DNA from: Minisyncoccota bacterium
Lineage (GTDB): Bacteria > Patescibacteriota > Minisyncoccia > Phycocordibacterales > UBA918
Length of the DNA: 64,000 nucleotides
Direction: 5' to 3'
Assembly: GCA_937975855.1 (NCBI GenBank)
Contig: CALJTT010000003.1
Span: forward strand, 26,901 to 90,900
The translations under genes and the position numbers were made by a program. Below, piece by piece: positions 8,757-18,442 of the stretch. Every line of letters starts with the position of its first letter. The stretch's first letter is position 1. The notes under the pieces are model-generated. The model did not search any database. It saw nothing but the letters and a program-made list of their open reading frames with translations, and had not been told where the DNA came from.

Positions 8757-9797
8757 ATGAACAACAACACTTCACCCGAAAAGAAAGGTTCGATTATGAA
8801 AACACTGGCTGTGGCCGGATTTATCGGCATATTGATGCTGGTAGCATGGCTTTCTGTGCAACTAGTACATCTATTCCCTTCAGCTGTAACATCGCTCGCC
8901 TCCCTGGCAGACGGAGTAAACCAATATCCTGGAAACATCACCGAGGGTGACACAGAACCGCTTCCTTTGAACATCACCAGCGACACGTCACTGCTCGCCT
9001 CAGGTGAAGCGCTAACACTTAAGTGGAACAAAGTGCAGAGCGCCGGCGAATACATCTTTGCGTACGAATGTGTTGAGGGTGTTTCGGTATCACACCAGTC
9101 TGCACTAGGTAACCGGGCAATCGATTGTGCAACAAACTACAATATAGGACCAGTCGATACTCTAACCATGAACGTAGAGTCAGAAAAAAATCGCTACTCT
9201 GACCTGGCTTACACAGTCTCTTTCTTACACGCTGGCGAAGCAGCTCCTAGAGCAGCTGGAAAAAATACAGTGACTATTGTAAATACCGACGTAGTAAGTG
9301 ACCAGTTTGCTTTCTCACCCGAAGTTGTCGAGGTAGAACCAGAAGTGGCACCTGTTGCTGAACCAGCGGTAACACCCGAACCAGCTACACCACAAGAAAC
9401 AGTAGCCGAGGTAGTAACTACACCTGTTACTCCAACAGTAGTTGTCGACCCATACACCGACCTTACAACTTCATTTATGAGTGTGGGTGAAATCATCAAC
9501 AATCAGTTCGTGCCTGGACCAGTCAGTACTAAAAATGCTGGAGCGGTTCAGTTTGCGGTCAAGAACATCGGTACAGAAACTTCTGGTGGTTGGACCTACA
9601 GCATTTCTCTACCTAATGACAATACGTACGTATCCCCCATCCAAACACAGCTAGTGCCCGGAGAGCGAGCAATTATTTCAATTGGCTTCCCTGCCAGTGG
9701 TCGTAATTCTCACGTATTTTCAGTAGCTGCTGCAGAAGCTGGCGACACAGAACTAACAAATAACACATTCCGACAAACGGTGGCATTTGTAAACTAG
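8757..9797 (+). CDS. Membrane-anchored exported protein with C-terminal CARDB/Ig-like domain
   Basis: N-terminal TM helix, P/E/V/T-rich linker, VQFAVKNIG...LVPGE...TELTNN pattern. Confidence 0.6.
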   Translation: MNNNTSPEKKGSIMKTLAVAGFIGILMLVAWLSVQLVHLFPSAVTSLASLADGVNQYPGNITEGDTEPLPLNITSDTSLLASGEALTLKWNKVQSAGEYIFAYECVEGVSVSHQSALGNRAIDCATNYNIGPVDTLTMNVESEKNRYSDLAYTVSFLHAGEAAPRAAGKNTVTIVNTDVVSDQFAFSPEVVEVEPEVAPVAEPAVTPEPATPQETVAEVVTTPVTPTVVVDPYTDLTTSFMSVGEIINNQFVPGPVSTKNAGAVQFAVKNIGTETSGGWTYSISLPNDNTYVSPIQTQLVPGERAIISIGFPASGRNSHVFSVAAAEAGDTELTNNTFRQTVAFVN

Positions 9798-9815
9798 TGA
9801 TCAAGAAAGGAAACA

Positions 9816-9845
9816 AAAAAATCGCGCCCTAAGGCGCGATTTTTT
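9816..9845. terminator. Bidirectional intrinsic terminator
   Basis: AAAAAATCGCGCC-CTAA-GGCGCGATTTTTT between convergent genes. Confidence 0.85.
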
Positions 9846-9848
9846 AAT

Positions 9849-11948
9849 TTAAATATCCAAGGTTGCAGTCTTTGCGTTGTTTTGAATAAACGATTTTCTA
9901 CTTGGCACATCTGTACCCATCAGAATGTCGAAAACTTTATCAGCCGCGAGAGCATCGTCAATCGTTACCTGTTTTAAGATACGATTATTGATATCCATTG
10001 TTGTTTCACCGAGCTCTTCAGCGTTCATTTCTCCCAGACCTTTATATCGCTGGATACGAACCTTGCTAGTTTTCTTAGTGGCGGTTTCTTCGACCTCTTC
10101 GGCCGCTTCATCTTCTGCGCCGCCATCTTCATCTACAACTTCGGCGTCCATATCTTCGCTTACTTCTTCCCCCATATCTTTAAGGACTTCAAATTTTTCT
10201 TCCTCGGTATAAGCGTAGCGAGTTTCTTTTCCTTTCTGAATCTTGTACAAAGGAGGCATAGCAATGTATACGTATCCCTCATCAATCAATGATCGGAAGT
10301 AACGGAAGAAAAGTGTCAGGAGCAAAGTTCGAATGTGCGCACCGTCGACGTCCGCGTCAGTCGCGATGATGATCTTGTGATAGCGCAGCTTCGACACGTC
10401 GAACACGTCGCCGATAGCGGTCCCAAGCGCGATCACCAGATTCTTGATCTGTTCACTAGCGAGCATCTTGTCGATGCGCGCTCGTTCGACGTTGAGAATT
10501 TTTCCTCGCAATGGAAGAATCGCTTGTGTCTTACGGTCTCGCCCCATCTTGGCTGAACCTCCCGCCGAGTCCCCCTCTACAATAAACAGCTCCGAGTCTT
10601 CTGCTCTCTTGCTCTGACAGTCAGCCAGCTTGCCGGGCAGCGACATACCCTCCAGTGCACCCTTACGCAACACGCTGTCTTTTGCAGCTTTGGCTGCCTT
10701 ACGTGCCTTTACCGCCAGGATAACCTTATTGATCATTGCCTTAGCGTCATCAGGATGTTCCTCGAGGAACGTGGCGAAAGCTTCTGAAAAAACACTCTCA
10801 GTTGCGCCGCGAGCCTCGACTGAACCAAGCTTAGCTTTGGTCTGACCTTCGAACTGAATCTCTGGCATCTTTACCGACACTACGGCGGTGATTCCCTCTA
10901 GAACATCATCACCAGTAAAACTAGCGTCTTTTTCTTTAACCGAGAAGAAATTTCCTTTCTTCGCATAAGCATTGAGCGTTCGTGTAAGTGCCGTCTTGAA
11001 TCCAGTAATGTGCGTCCCGTGTTCAGGGTTATAAATATTGTTCGCAAAGGCTGTAATGCGCGGCGAGATATCGTCGACATACTGCAAGGCAATTTCAACC
11101 GTCAGAACCTCCGGGCTCACGTCGTGCTTTTCTACGTAAAAAATATTCTTGTGGATCGGCTTTTGGTAGCTGTTGTTAAACGCAACCAATGAACGCAGTC
11201 CACCCTCAAAGTAAAACGTCTCGTGCGGCACCGGCAAGTGTCGATCAGAAATGTAAACCGTGTCCTCGAGTGACTTTGGATCAAGCTTCTCTTCGCTGTC
11301 GCGAGCATCGATCACAGTCAGGTTCATTCCCTTTACTAGGTACGCCTGTTGCCTGAGATGATTCACAATCTTCTTCCATTCGAACTTGATCTCAGGGAAA
11401 ATCGTCGGGTCAGCCTGAAAAATAACAGTCGTACCGTTGTGCTTGGTTTTGCCAAGCTTCTTTACTTTAGCTTTAGCAATACCGATGTTGTATTCCTGCA
11501 TGTAGTGATCACCTCCCTTGTGAACGTCGACGCGAGTATGTGTCGACAAAGCGTTCACTACTGAGATTCCTACTCCATGAAGTCCACCGGACACTTTGTA
11601 TCCAGATTCGTCCCCACCGAATTTTCCACCGGCGTGCAGTGTACACATGATAGTTTCAAGCGCTGAAACTTTAGTCTGCTTGTGAATGTCGACCGGAATA
11701 CCTCGTCCGTTATCGACTACGCGAATGTGATTGTCAGGCAAAAGCGCCACCTCAACTCGGTTCGCAAAACCACCCATCGCCTCGTCACGAGAGTTATCAA
11801 AAATCTCCCAGATCATATGATGCAGACCCTCGGGACCGGTCGTCCCGATGTACATACCTGGCCGCTTTCGAACCGGCTCGAGCCCTTCTAGGACCGAGAT
11901 AGCCGAAGCGTCGTAGCTTTTATTTTTACTGTCTTTTTTTGCTGCCAT
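9849..11948 (-). CDS. gyrB: DNA gyrase subunit B
   Basis: LEPVRKRPGMYIG, DNGRGIP, LHAGGKF, SGGLHGVG, EGDSAGGSA, PLRGK, DADVDG, QRYKGLGEM. Confidence 0.95.
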   Translation of the reverse strand: MAAKKDSKNKSYDASAISVLEGLEPVRKRPGMYIGTTGPEGLHHMIWEIFDNSRDEAMGGFANRVEVALLPDNHIRVVDNGRGIPVDIHKQTKVSALETIMCTLHAGGKFGGDESGYKVSGGLHGVGISVVNALSTHTRVDVHKGGDHYMQEYNIGIAKAKVKKLGKTKHNGTTVIFQADPTIFPEIKFEWKKIVNHLRQQAYLVKGMNLTVIDARDSEEKLDPKSLEDTVYISDRHLPVPHETFYFEGGLRSLVAFNNSYQKPIHKNIFYVEKHDVSPEVLTVEIALQYVDDISPRITAFANNIYNPEHGTHITGFKTALTRTLNAYAKKGNFFSVKEKDASFTGDDVLEGITAVVSVKMPEIQFEGQTKAKLGSVEARGATESVFSEAFATFLEEHPDDAKAMINKVILAVKARKAAKAAKDSVLRKGALEGMSLPGKLADCQSKRAEDSELFIVEGDSAGGSAKMGRDRKTQAILPLRGKILNVERARIDKMLASEQIKNLVIALGTAIGDVFDVSKLRYHKIIIATDADVDGAHIRTLLLTLFFRYFRSLIDEGYVYIAMPPLYKIQKGKETRYAYTEEEKFEVLKDMGEEVSEDMDAEVVDEDGGAEDEAAEEVEETATKKTSKVRIQRYKGLGEMNAEELGETTMDINNRILKQVTIDDALAADKVFDILMGTDVPSRKSFIQNNAKTATLDI

Positions 11949-12029
11949 GCGGAAGTGAGTATAATGAAATAACACTTACATTATAGCATTATTTTAACAA
12001 CAGAAGTAATCCGAGCTTTATTTAAAAAC

Positions 12030-12656
12030 CTATTTGACAATTCTCTGTATCGAAAATTGAAAACCATCCTCTTTGCAAATCTCCCAGTCAGGCAAAAAGG
12101 TACGAAGATGTCTTTTGAACAAACGAGCGCGTGCCAGTCGATTACGGTCTTGAGGTGATTTGTCAGATAGTTCGTAACTATCTCCAAAAAGATCATAATA
12201 TCGATCAAAAATCTCACCCCCAGGGAATTCTTCTATTAAGGATTCTCTACTCATCTCATTGTTTTTATGCGACAATATTTTATCAACACAATCTTCAACC
12301 TCGGAAGCACGATGACCATCGTCCGAGGGGGTTATTTCGACAACTTTTAGCAAGTCACCATGTTGACTAACACCTTCCTGAAGCAGGATAGTAATAGAAT
12401 CACCAATTTGTTTAATACTGTTCTGATCCAAGCCAACAACGCCCACATCGTACTCTTCGGTTTCGTAATGGAGCACAAAAGTTCCTTCACCCAATCCTCC
12501 GAGAGTTTCAAGTTTAAATACAAAGTGCAATCCTGCGATAGTCCTATAGAGATGAATATCTTCACCATTTTCACATACTATCTCATAACTACCAGCTTCT
12601 GATATAGAGAGAGATTCGTCGCCTGAATTTACTCTATGAAATTTATCAAGATTCAT
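12030..12656 (-). CDS. Hypothetical protein (AT-rich ORFan)
   Basis: 208-aa ORF filling the pheT-gyrB gap; no recognisable motif. Confidence 0.6.
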   Translation of the reverse strand: MNLDKFHRVNSGDESLSISEAGSYEIVCENGEDIHLYRTIAGLHFVFKLETLGGLGEGTFVLHYETEEYDVGVVGLDQNSIKQIGDSITILLQEGVSQHGDLLKVVEITPSDDGHRASEVEDCVDKILSHKNNEMSRESLIEEFPGGEIFDRYYDLFGDSYELSDKSPQDRNRLARARLFKRHLRTFLPDWEICKEDGFQFSIQRIVK

Positions 12657-12680
12657 ATTTGTATTATTAATTACAACAAC

Positions 12681-14627
12681 TTATCGCACCTCCCACCCGA
12701 GCTCACTTGCAGCCTGGTTTACGCGATCCATGATTGTGTTCACCTCGCTGTCGGTGAGCGTTTTTGCGTGTGATTGGAATACTAGACGGAACGCGTACGA
12801 AGTTCGACCTTCTTTCTCGAACTCGTCGAACAGGTCGAGGCGAACGCACAATTCGCTGGCTTCGGTTTTAATTGTTTCTGCGACTTGTTCGGTCGTGATT
12901 TCACTTTGCACCCACAAGGCGATGTCGCGGGCGACGGCTGGATATGGTGATACGGGTCGGTAGGTCTTGTCTTCGCTTTTTACAAATGGCTCGTAGGCGC
13001 TTGGCGTCTCCAGGCTTTCAATCGTCTCGTCAAAGTTTACTTCAGCCACGCCCTTTTCAATATTCCAGTCAATGTCTTTACCAAGCGTCTCTGCGACCGC
13101 AGCTAGCGCCGCCTGCAGCGTCGCGTCGTCCTTTGGTGTGTAGCCACTCCCCTTACTGCGCACACCAACACACAGCGACATGTGCTCACCAACATTTTCT
13201 TCACCAGCCTCAAACACCGTACCGATTTCAAAAATCTTAATAATAGGCATGCCCAACAAATCACCATGGGCGTAGTTTGCGTCGAGAGCGGCGTTCATGT
13301 TTTTACTCAGTCCACTACGGACGTATGATTTGTCGCTGGCCAGGGCGTTCTGCAACTGGATCTTGTCTTTCTTTTGAAAGCTCGAGGTTACCACTTCAGA
13401 CAAACCGACTTTCAACAAAGTCTGACGAACCGCCTCGCTGTAGTATTGTCGTTTGTTGACCACCGCCGCAGACGACGTGTCTGGAGCGACTGACGTAATG
13501 TTGTCGAGTCCATGCAAGCGTCCAATCTCTTCGATGAAATCTACTTCGATATTTAAATCTGTCCGTTCAAAAGGACCAACAGCTGTGAACGTTCCGTTTT
13601 TGTCCAGTGAGTCAGCCTCGAGAGACGCGCCAAGCAACAGGCAGTACGCGACCATTTCTTCTTTCGTCAGGGCGAGTCCGAGCAGCGCATTAGCGCGTTC
13701 CGGATTCACCTTCACCGCTGGGTTCGGTTTGGTTTCGTGGTACTGGTCGATTGTGCCGACACACTCGCCGCCGGCGATGTCTTTGATTAGTTTGATGATT
13801 TCGTACTGACCAAATGGCGGCAGTTCGCGCGAACATTCGTTCTCGAATCGTTTCGACGCGTCGATGACGATACCCAGTCGACGAGCCGTCTTGCGCGTGA
13901 CCGTCGGGTCAAAGTGCGCCGCCTCGATAATGATGTTCGTGCTGCCTGCATGCACGCCTGCGAACTGTCCACCCTTTACACCAGCCAGGCCAATCGGTGT
14001 GTTTGATGATTCGTCTACAATCAAAAGTTCCGTTCCTTTACATTCGACAATACGCTCTTCGTCTTTCCCGCCTTCGGCCAACAAGCTGACAGTCTCGCCT
14101 TCTTCACCGAACCTGACACCGAACTGCCATTTACCATCTACCTGCGGGAACAGATCCGCGTCGTAAGCGTGCAGCGGCTGTCCGATTGCGTACATCACAT
14201 AGTTTGTCGCGTCGACGATATTGTTGATACTGCGCTGCCCCAGTGACTCAAGTCTCTCCTTCAACCATCCAGGAGACTCTTTGACTTTTATTCCTGTAAT
14301 GAGCGACGCCGTGAATCGCGGACAAGCTGCAGTGTCTGCGATGTTGACCTGGATCTTGTCTGTAGTGTCCAGGCTCGGTGGCGCTGCCAGCGGGTCATAG
14401 TGCAGGCCGACACCAAGGATCGTCGCGATCTCGCGCGCGATTCCTCGGTGACACAAACAGTCCGAAGAGCGGTTCGGTAATACGTCTACATCAATCACAG
14501 TATGTTCCCCCACTTGCTCAACTCCTTCTATTTCAAAAGCGTGCGCAGTTAATAGCGCGTCGACTTCAGCCGTCTCCGGCATTGCCTCACCCACATAGTC
14601 TTTCAGCCAGTTGTAGTTTACTTTCAT
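12681..14627 (-). CDS. pheT: Phenylalanyl-tRNA synthetase beta subunit (no B2 OB-fold)
   Basis: LPNRSSDC, NNIVDATNY, GQPLHAYD, DFIEEIGR, C-terminal FDX-ACB domain (YPAVARDIA...KTLTDSEVN). Confidence 0.95.
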   Translation of the reverse strand: MKVNYNWLKDYVGEAMPETAEVDALLTAHAFEIEGVEQVGEHTVIDVDVLPNRSSDCLCHRGIAREIATILGVGLHYDPLAAPPSLDTTDKIQVNIADTAACPRFTASLITGIKVKESPGWLKERLESLGQRSINNIVDATNYVMYAIGQPLHAYDADLFPQVDGKWQFGVRFGEEGETVSLLAEGGKDEERIVECKGTELLIVDESSNTPIGLAGVKGGQFAGVHAGSTNIIIEAAHFDPTVTRKTARRLGIVIDASKRFENECSRELPPFGQYEIIKLIKDIAGGECVGTIDQYHETKPNPAVKVNPERANALLGLALTKEEMVAYCLLLGASLEADSLDKNGTFTAVGPFERTDLNIEVDFIEEIGRLHGLDNITSVAPDTSSAAVVNKRQYYSEAVRQTLLKVGLSEVVTSSFQKKDKIQLQNALASDKSYVRSGLSKNMNAALDANYAHGDLLGMPIIKIFEIGTVFEAGEENVGEHMSLCVGVRSKGSGYTPKDDATLQAALAAVAETLGKDIDWNIEKGVAEVNFDETIESLETPSAYEPFVKSEDKTYRPVSPYPAVARDIALWVQSEITTEQVAETIKTEASELCVRLDLFDEFEKEGRTSYAFRLVFQSHAKTLTDSEVNTIMDRVNQAASELGWEVR

Positions 14628-14639
14628 ATCAAATATTAT

Positions 14640-15362
14640 CTAAAACTGATTAACAAACCGCAGGTCGCCGGTGTAGTAGTCGCGGATATCTTCGATTCCG
14701 TATTTCATCACTCCCAAGCGATCAATTCCCATTCCAAATGCGTAGCCAGTGAACTCGTTGGCATCGACACCACTGTTTGTGAGCACGTTTGGATGTACCA
14801 TGCCCGCTCCCATAACTTCGATCCATTTGCCGACATGGCGACTCTCGCCCTCGAGCAGGCGCATGTCCACCTCGACTCCTGGCTCAACAAACGGAAAGAA
14901 GCTGGGGCGAAACCGCACCTCCGTCTTGCCGTCAAAAAACTTTGAAAAGAAGTGTTCAAGCGTACCCTTCAGGTGACCAAGATGTACTCCTTTACCAACA
15001 TGCAGTCCTTCCAGTTGATAGAACTGCGCCTCGTGCGTCGCGTCGGTAGCTTCGTTGCGAAAGACCTTGCCTGGAACGATGATTTTGCATGGCGCGCCGT
15101 TCTCTTCCATATAGCGTGCCTGCACTGGGCTGGTTTGAGTACGCAAAACTGTGGGCTCACTCACGTCCTTTCCTTTGAACCAAAATGTGTCCTGCATGTC
15201 TCTGCTGGGATGGTCTTTAGGGACATTCAGTTGGTCGAAGTTGTAGTGTTCGGTTTCAGCCTCTGGCCCTTCTGCAAAGACAAAGCCGATCTCGGCAAAG
15301 ATACTGTTGATTTCTGAGATCATCTGCGTCAGCGGATGCTGGTGTCCGGGTGTTTCTTTCAT
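14640..15362 (-). CDS. pheS: Phenylalanyl-tRNA synthetase alpha subunit (no N-terminal coiled coil)
   Basis: GHQHPL, HPSRDMQDTF, LRTQTSPVQ, FRNE, RPSFFPFVEP, GYAFGMGIDR. Confidence 0.95.
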   Translation of the reverse strand: MKETPGHQHPLTQMISEINSIFAEIGFVFAEGPEAETEHYNFDQLNVPKDHPSRDMQDTFWFKGKDVSEPTVLRTQTSPVQARYMEENGAPCKIIVPGKVFRNEATDATHEAQFYQLEGLHVGKGVHLGHLKGTLEHFFSKFFDGKTEVRFRPSFFPFVEPGVEVDMRLLEGESRHVGKWIEVMGAGMVHPNVLTNSGVDANEFTGYAFGMGIDRLGVMKYGIEDIRDYYTGDLRFVNQF

Positions 15363-15385
15363 GAAGTTTCTAGTGTAGCACGGGG

Positions 15386-16555
15386 TTAATTTTCTTCAAT
15401 TTCTGTTATTAATTCAAAATAATATCCATCACGCTTGATGTAAATGATGTCGTTTTGCATTACGACTGTAAAGTCTTGCCCAGGCAAAAGTTCTTGAGTG
15501 TTCTGCCAAGCGCGGTCGTCGATTTCTGTCACGTATAAACCATTCTCGAGATGAAGCAAAACCAGGTCGGCCGACCCTGGAAAAAAATCGTAATAGTAGA
15601 CGTCTTGCTGCAAGTGATCGAGTTTGATGCTGGTGCGGCAAGTTCTGTCGTCCAAGGTAAACAAAGCAGACGAGGTAGACGTGGTCGCTAGGTCGAGAGA
15701 GATCTGCTGCGCGATGTGCGAACCGTAGCGCTCGCTGGTGCTGGCGATACTTGAACTACTAACGCAGAAGTAATACGGCACGTCACTCTCGCTCCCCTGC
15801 CACTGTGCGTACAATTCCCAGCCGAGGTCGACCAGTCTCACATCACCTTGTTCAAACCTGGGTGCGGTCGTGGTTGACGTTGTTGCGGCGTCACCTGACA
15901 GTGTCGGTTTAGCAAATTGAAAGCGCGCCTCTGGTTCATTGTCCGCAAAGACCGACACAACGTCCGCGGTCGAACTGGCAAATATAGCCTGAACAAAAGC
16001 GTACTCGGGGTTTAGTTCAAGTTGTGTGATGTCCGTACTGGTCGAAAAGAGTGCCAGTTCAGTACTAGTAGCATTTTTAAATATAGAGGCTTCGGCGCCT
16101 GTTGTTGCCACAAAATAAACAGCCACGCCAGCATCGTTTTGATACCGGGTAATGGGGCGAAGTCTGGGTGTAACAGGCACGTTAAACGCCGAGACTTCTG
16201 TAACAATGTAAGGGTCGACCGGCAATTCTTTGACCCAAGTATGCAGGCCGGCCGACTGTACGACAATCCGATGCTGCCCAATAGCAGTGTTCTGCAAGTA
16301 GTACGCGCTTTGGAACAGACGCGGTCGGTCGTACTGCTCTTCGTCTATATAAACTTCGACGTCGGTATTTTCAGTATCAATATAGATACCGCCGGTCGTG
16401 ACAATGCTGGTTTCATCATTCTCAAAACTAAGTCGATAGCCAGTTGTATAGAAAATAACTGCTGGCAGCGCACACACAAAAATCAACACCAGCACCCAAA
16501 AAAACCGCGAGCGCCGTTGTTGAGTCAAACCTTTAATCTGTGGTTCTTCGGGCAT
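15386..16555 (-). CDS. PEGA-like domain membrane-anchored protein
   Basis: N-terminal TM helix, YTTGYR, TGGIYIDT..VEVYID, 'W.K.L.V', C-terminal LYVTEIDDR. Confidence 0.6.
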   Translation of the reverse strand: MPEEPQIKGLTQQRRSRFFWVLVLIFVCALPAVIFYTTGYRLSFENDETSIVTTGGIYIDTENTDVEVYIDEEQYDRPRLFQSAYYLQNTAIGQHRIVVQSAGLHTWVKELPVDPYIVTEVSAFNVPVTPRLRPITRYQNDAGVAVYFVATTGAEASIFKNATSTELALFSTSTDITQLELNPEYAFVQAIFASSTADVVSVFADNEPEARFQFAKPTLSGDAATTSTTTAPRFEQGDVRLVDLGWELYAQWQGSESDVPYYFCVSSSSIASTSERYGSHIAQQISLDLATTSTSSALFTLDDRTCRTSIKLDHLQQDVYYYDFFPGSADLVLLHLENGLYVTEIDDRAWQNTQELLPGQDFTVVMQNDIIYIKRDGYYFELITEIEEN

Positions 16556-16560
16556 AGTTA

Positions 16561-18123
16561 CTACGATTGTACACGCTTAGGTGTCACCCAAAAACCCATG
16601 TAGCGGCCAAACATCAGTCTAGTCTGAGCGTCGAGTCCAGGGATGGCACTAAACACGATCATCGTCATTGGCACCATGATCCACTGCAATGCCATCACAA
16701 CGTAACGAAAGCGACTGTGTCCTTCTGGTCGTGGCGGTGTAAGTGAGAGTGAGATCACCGCTGAGATAACCAATCCGACCATAGCTACAGTCAGCATATT
16801 CCGCACCAAAATCGGTAGTTCGTAGGACAACACTGTCTCGTGAAATTCACGCGTCCCCAAGAAAATCGGAGCCCAACCGAGAATGAAGAGCATGATCGGG
16901 TTCGTCACCAGCGACCAATATCCTTCACCCTGAAGCAAGGCGATACCCCAACGCTTGCGCAGTGGGATCGATTTGTTCTTAGTGAAATGATAAACGATGT
17001 AACACCAGTTCTCTACACCATAAGTCCAGCGGCGGTGCTGCTTGTAGATATTAACGATAGTCCCCCACAACGTTGGTGCTGTGGTGGCGTCCATCGCTAT
17101 CGGGTAAGAAATCGGCACGATGTCGAAGTTACCGTCGTTCGCCAACAGCAAGTTCCAATAGATACGCGAGTCTTCACTAACTACATTCGCTTGCCCATAA
17201 CCGATTTCATACAACGCCTGATAACTCACCGAGTGTGAAGAAAAAGTGGCCGCCTTGTCTGGCCGCTCCTGCATAATCATTTGCCAAAAGGTACTAGACA
17301 TTGCCATCACCCGAGACAAGGCTGGTGCTTCCCACAAGTTATTGGTGAACAGAGGCACCGGCTGGTACGCACTTTTGTACGGCTGCTCGGCAGTCATAAA
17401 GTGCCAAATGAGACAATTGAAATAGTCCGGGTATATCACTGTGTCGACATCAAAAATAGAAGTGAGGATTTTCTTGTGGCTAATCTGTTCTTTTTCGATT
17501 ACAGCTTTGTGCACCTGATGAAGCGCGTAGTGAACGTTTGAACCCTTCCCAGCGATCTCCCCCGAAGTATCCGCAGGATGGACCGAGGCGACCACGTATC
17601 CAAACTTGTCAGCGTACAACGCTTCCATTTCACGCGCGAGTTCTGCCTGCTCTTTCCCAGCTCGCTCTTCAGCAGCAATCACTACGATCAATTTTTTTGG
17701 ATCGTACCTTGCATCCAGCAAACCCTGAAGTGCCGCCACCAACACTTCGCGTGGCTCTTTATAAAAAGGAAATACAACCAGGTGGTAATAGTCATCGTAG
17801 TCAAACCGTTTGATCAGGTGCTCCCAATCCAAGCTCATGTGATGCTTTAAACGTTTCCAGTTGTATCGCACGTGATACGAAAGAAAGATGGTCTTCAGAA
17901 CCCAGTAGATGGAGAAAGCAATAATGAAATAGGCCGCAAAGAAAGACCAGTAGATTGAGGCAAGCACAATCCCAATCAAAGCCGACCACGAAGCGACTCC
18001 GGGTACAATCTCCAAAAAGCGATAGAACCGGGCATCTTTGCCTTTCAGCTCATTTGCTCTACCCACTTTAAAATCTGCCCGACGGGCATACGGCAACAAA
18101 TCCTCCTGGGGTATCTCACTCAT
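16561..18123 (-). CDS. Integral-membrane glycosyltransferase family 2
   Basis: PFYKEP, GKGSN, DVD (DxD), SEDSR, QHRRW (QxxRW) and several TM helices. Confidence 0.85.
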   Translation of the reverse strand: MSEIPQEDLLPYARRADFKVGRANELKGKDARFYRFLEIVPGVASWSALIGIVLASIYWSFFAAYFIIAFSIYWVLKTIFLSYHVRYNWKRLKHHMSLDWEHLIKRFDYDDYYHLVVFPFYKEPREVLVAALQGLLDARYDPKKLIVVIAAEERAGKEQAELAREMEALYADKFGYVVASVHPADTSGEIAGKGSNVHYALHQVHKAVIEKEQISHKKILTSIFDVDTVIYPDYFNCLIWHFMTAEQPYKSAYQPVPLFTNNLWEAPALSRVMAMSSTFWQMIMQERPDKAATFSSHSVSYQALYEIGYGQANVVSEDSRIYWNLLLANDGNFDIVPISYPIAMDATTAPTLWGTIVNIYKQHRRWTYGVENWCYIVYHFTKNKSIPLRKRWGIALLQGEGYWSLVTNPIMLFILGWAPIFLGTREFHETVLSYELPILVRNMLTVAMVGLVISAVISLSLTPPRPEGHSRFRYVVMALQWIMVPMTMIVFSAIPGLDAQTRLMFGRYMGFWVTPKRVQS

Positions 18124-18210
18124 AACTAATACGAGCGAGTATAGCTTTATTTTGCTTGGAAATAAAGCTTTTAATTCAACGTGAGCCCATACTATTGGGA
18201 CTCTTACTTG

Positions 18211-18283
18211 AGCCACCTGTCAGGCTCGAACTGACGACCTACGCGTTACAAATGCGTTGCTCTACCAACTGAGCTAAGGTGGC
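18211..18283 (-). tRNA. tRNA-Thr(TGT), CCA not encoded
   Basis: GCCACCTTAGCTCAGTTGGTAGAGCAACGCATTTGTAACGCGTAGGTCGTCAGTTCGAGCCTGACAGGTGGCT folds as a cloverleaf with anticodon TGT. Confidence 0.95.
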
Positions 18284-18395
18284 TTATTTAGTTTTCTTCA
18301 CGCATCAAATATAAGTACCTAGCATTTGTAATATTACAAATGGTTCAACAGTCTCCCAGACTGTCTCACCTCTACCAACTGAGCTAAGGTGGCTT
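18260..18395. repeat. 26-bp direct repeat covering the tRNA-Thr 5' end
   Basis: CTCTACCAACTGAGCTAAGGTGGCTT at 18260-18285 and 18370-18395. Confidence 0.9.
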
Positions 18396-18442
18396 TTATT
18401 TGGTGCATGAATAGTACCAAATATTTATTTTTTAGCTAGTGC

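Noticed and set aside
18284..18395. Intron-containing or second functional tRNA-Thr
   Set aside because: The downstream tRNA is already complete; the upstream copy has no T-arm or 3' acceptor strand, and the gap is too short for a group I intron
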